Assembly: GCF_006345805.1 (NCBI RefSeq)
Contig: NC_043002.1
Span: 34,038,001-34,102,000 of the forward strand
Length of the DNA: 64,000 bases
Origin: Octopus sinensis
Taxonomy: Eukaryota
Reading direction: 5' to 3'
Below are positions 63,900-64,000 of the stretch, piece after piece. The notes below the pieces were generated by a model. The model was not told where the DNA came from, searched no databases, and worked only from the letters and a program-made list of their open reading frames with translations. Position 1 is the stretch's first letter, and every line of letters starts with the position of its first letter. Position numbers and translations under genes: made by a program.

Positions 63900-63964
<65 letters not shown>

Positions 63965-64000
63965 TGCATATATATATGCATTCTTATATATGTATGCATA

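Overview
Non-coding, extremely repeat-rich eukaryotic DNA. The microsatellite load and the tRNA-derived SINE families look like an octopod cephalopod genome (recognition from memory; confirm by BLAST). No host protein-coding gene can be supported. Almost all long ORFs in the track are translations of (TA)n, (ATGT)n, (ATCT)n, (CA)n or trinucleotide repeats. Real coding traces are decayed transposons: a Tigger/pogo transposase, three Penelope-like element (PLE) fragments, three RTE LINE fragments and two R4/Dong-type restriction-like endonuclease tails. There are also about 30 SINE copies, hAT, mariner and pogo MITEs, and Helentron-like non-autonomous elements. The most interesting signal is a set of hammerhead ribozyme (HHR) motifs from several sequence families. 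One is fully canonical with an unusually long branched stem II (44657-44739). Two families carry the compensatory U3-A8 core and two carry a U4C core. They sit in PLE 3' regions, in short elements flanked by (TA)n, or on both arms of long palindromic mini-elements. Also notable: a 455-bp unique stretch with 12 GGTCA/TGACC nuclear-receptor half-sites, and a trimeric SINE that inserted as one unit with a 12-bp TSD. Coordinates were counted by hand; fragment boundaries are approximate.
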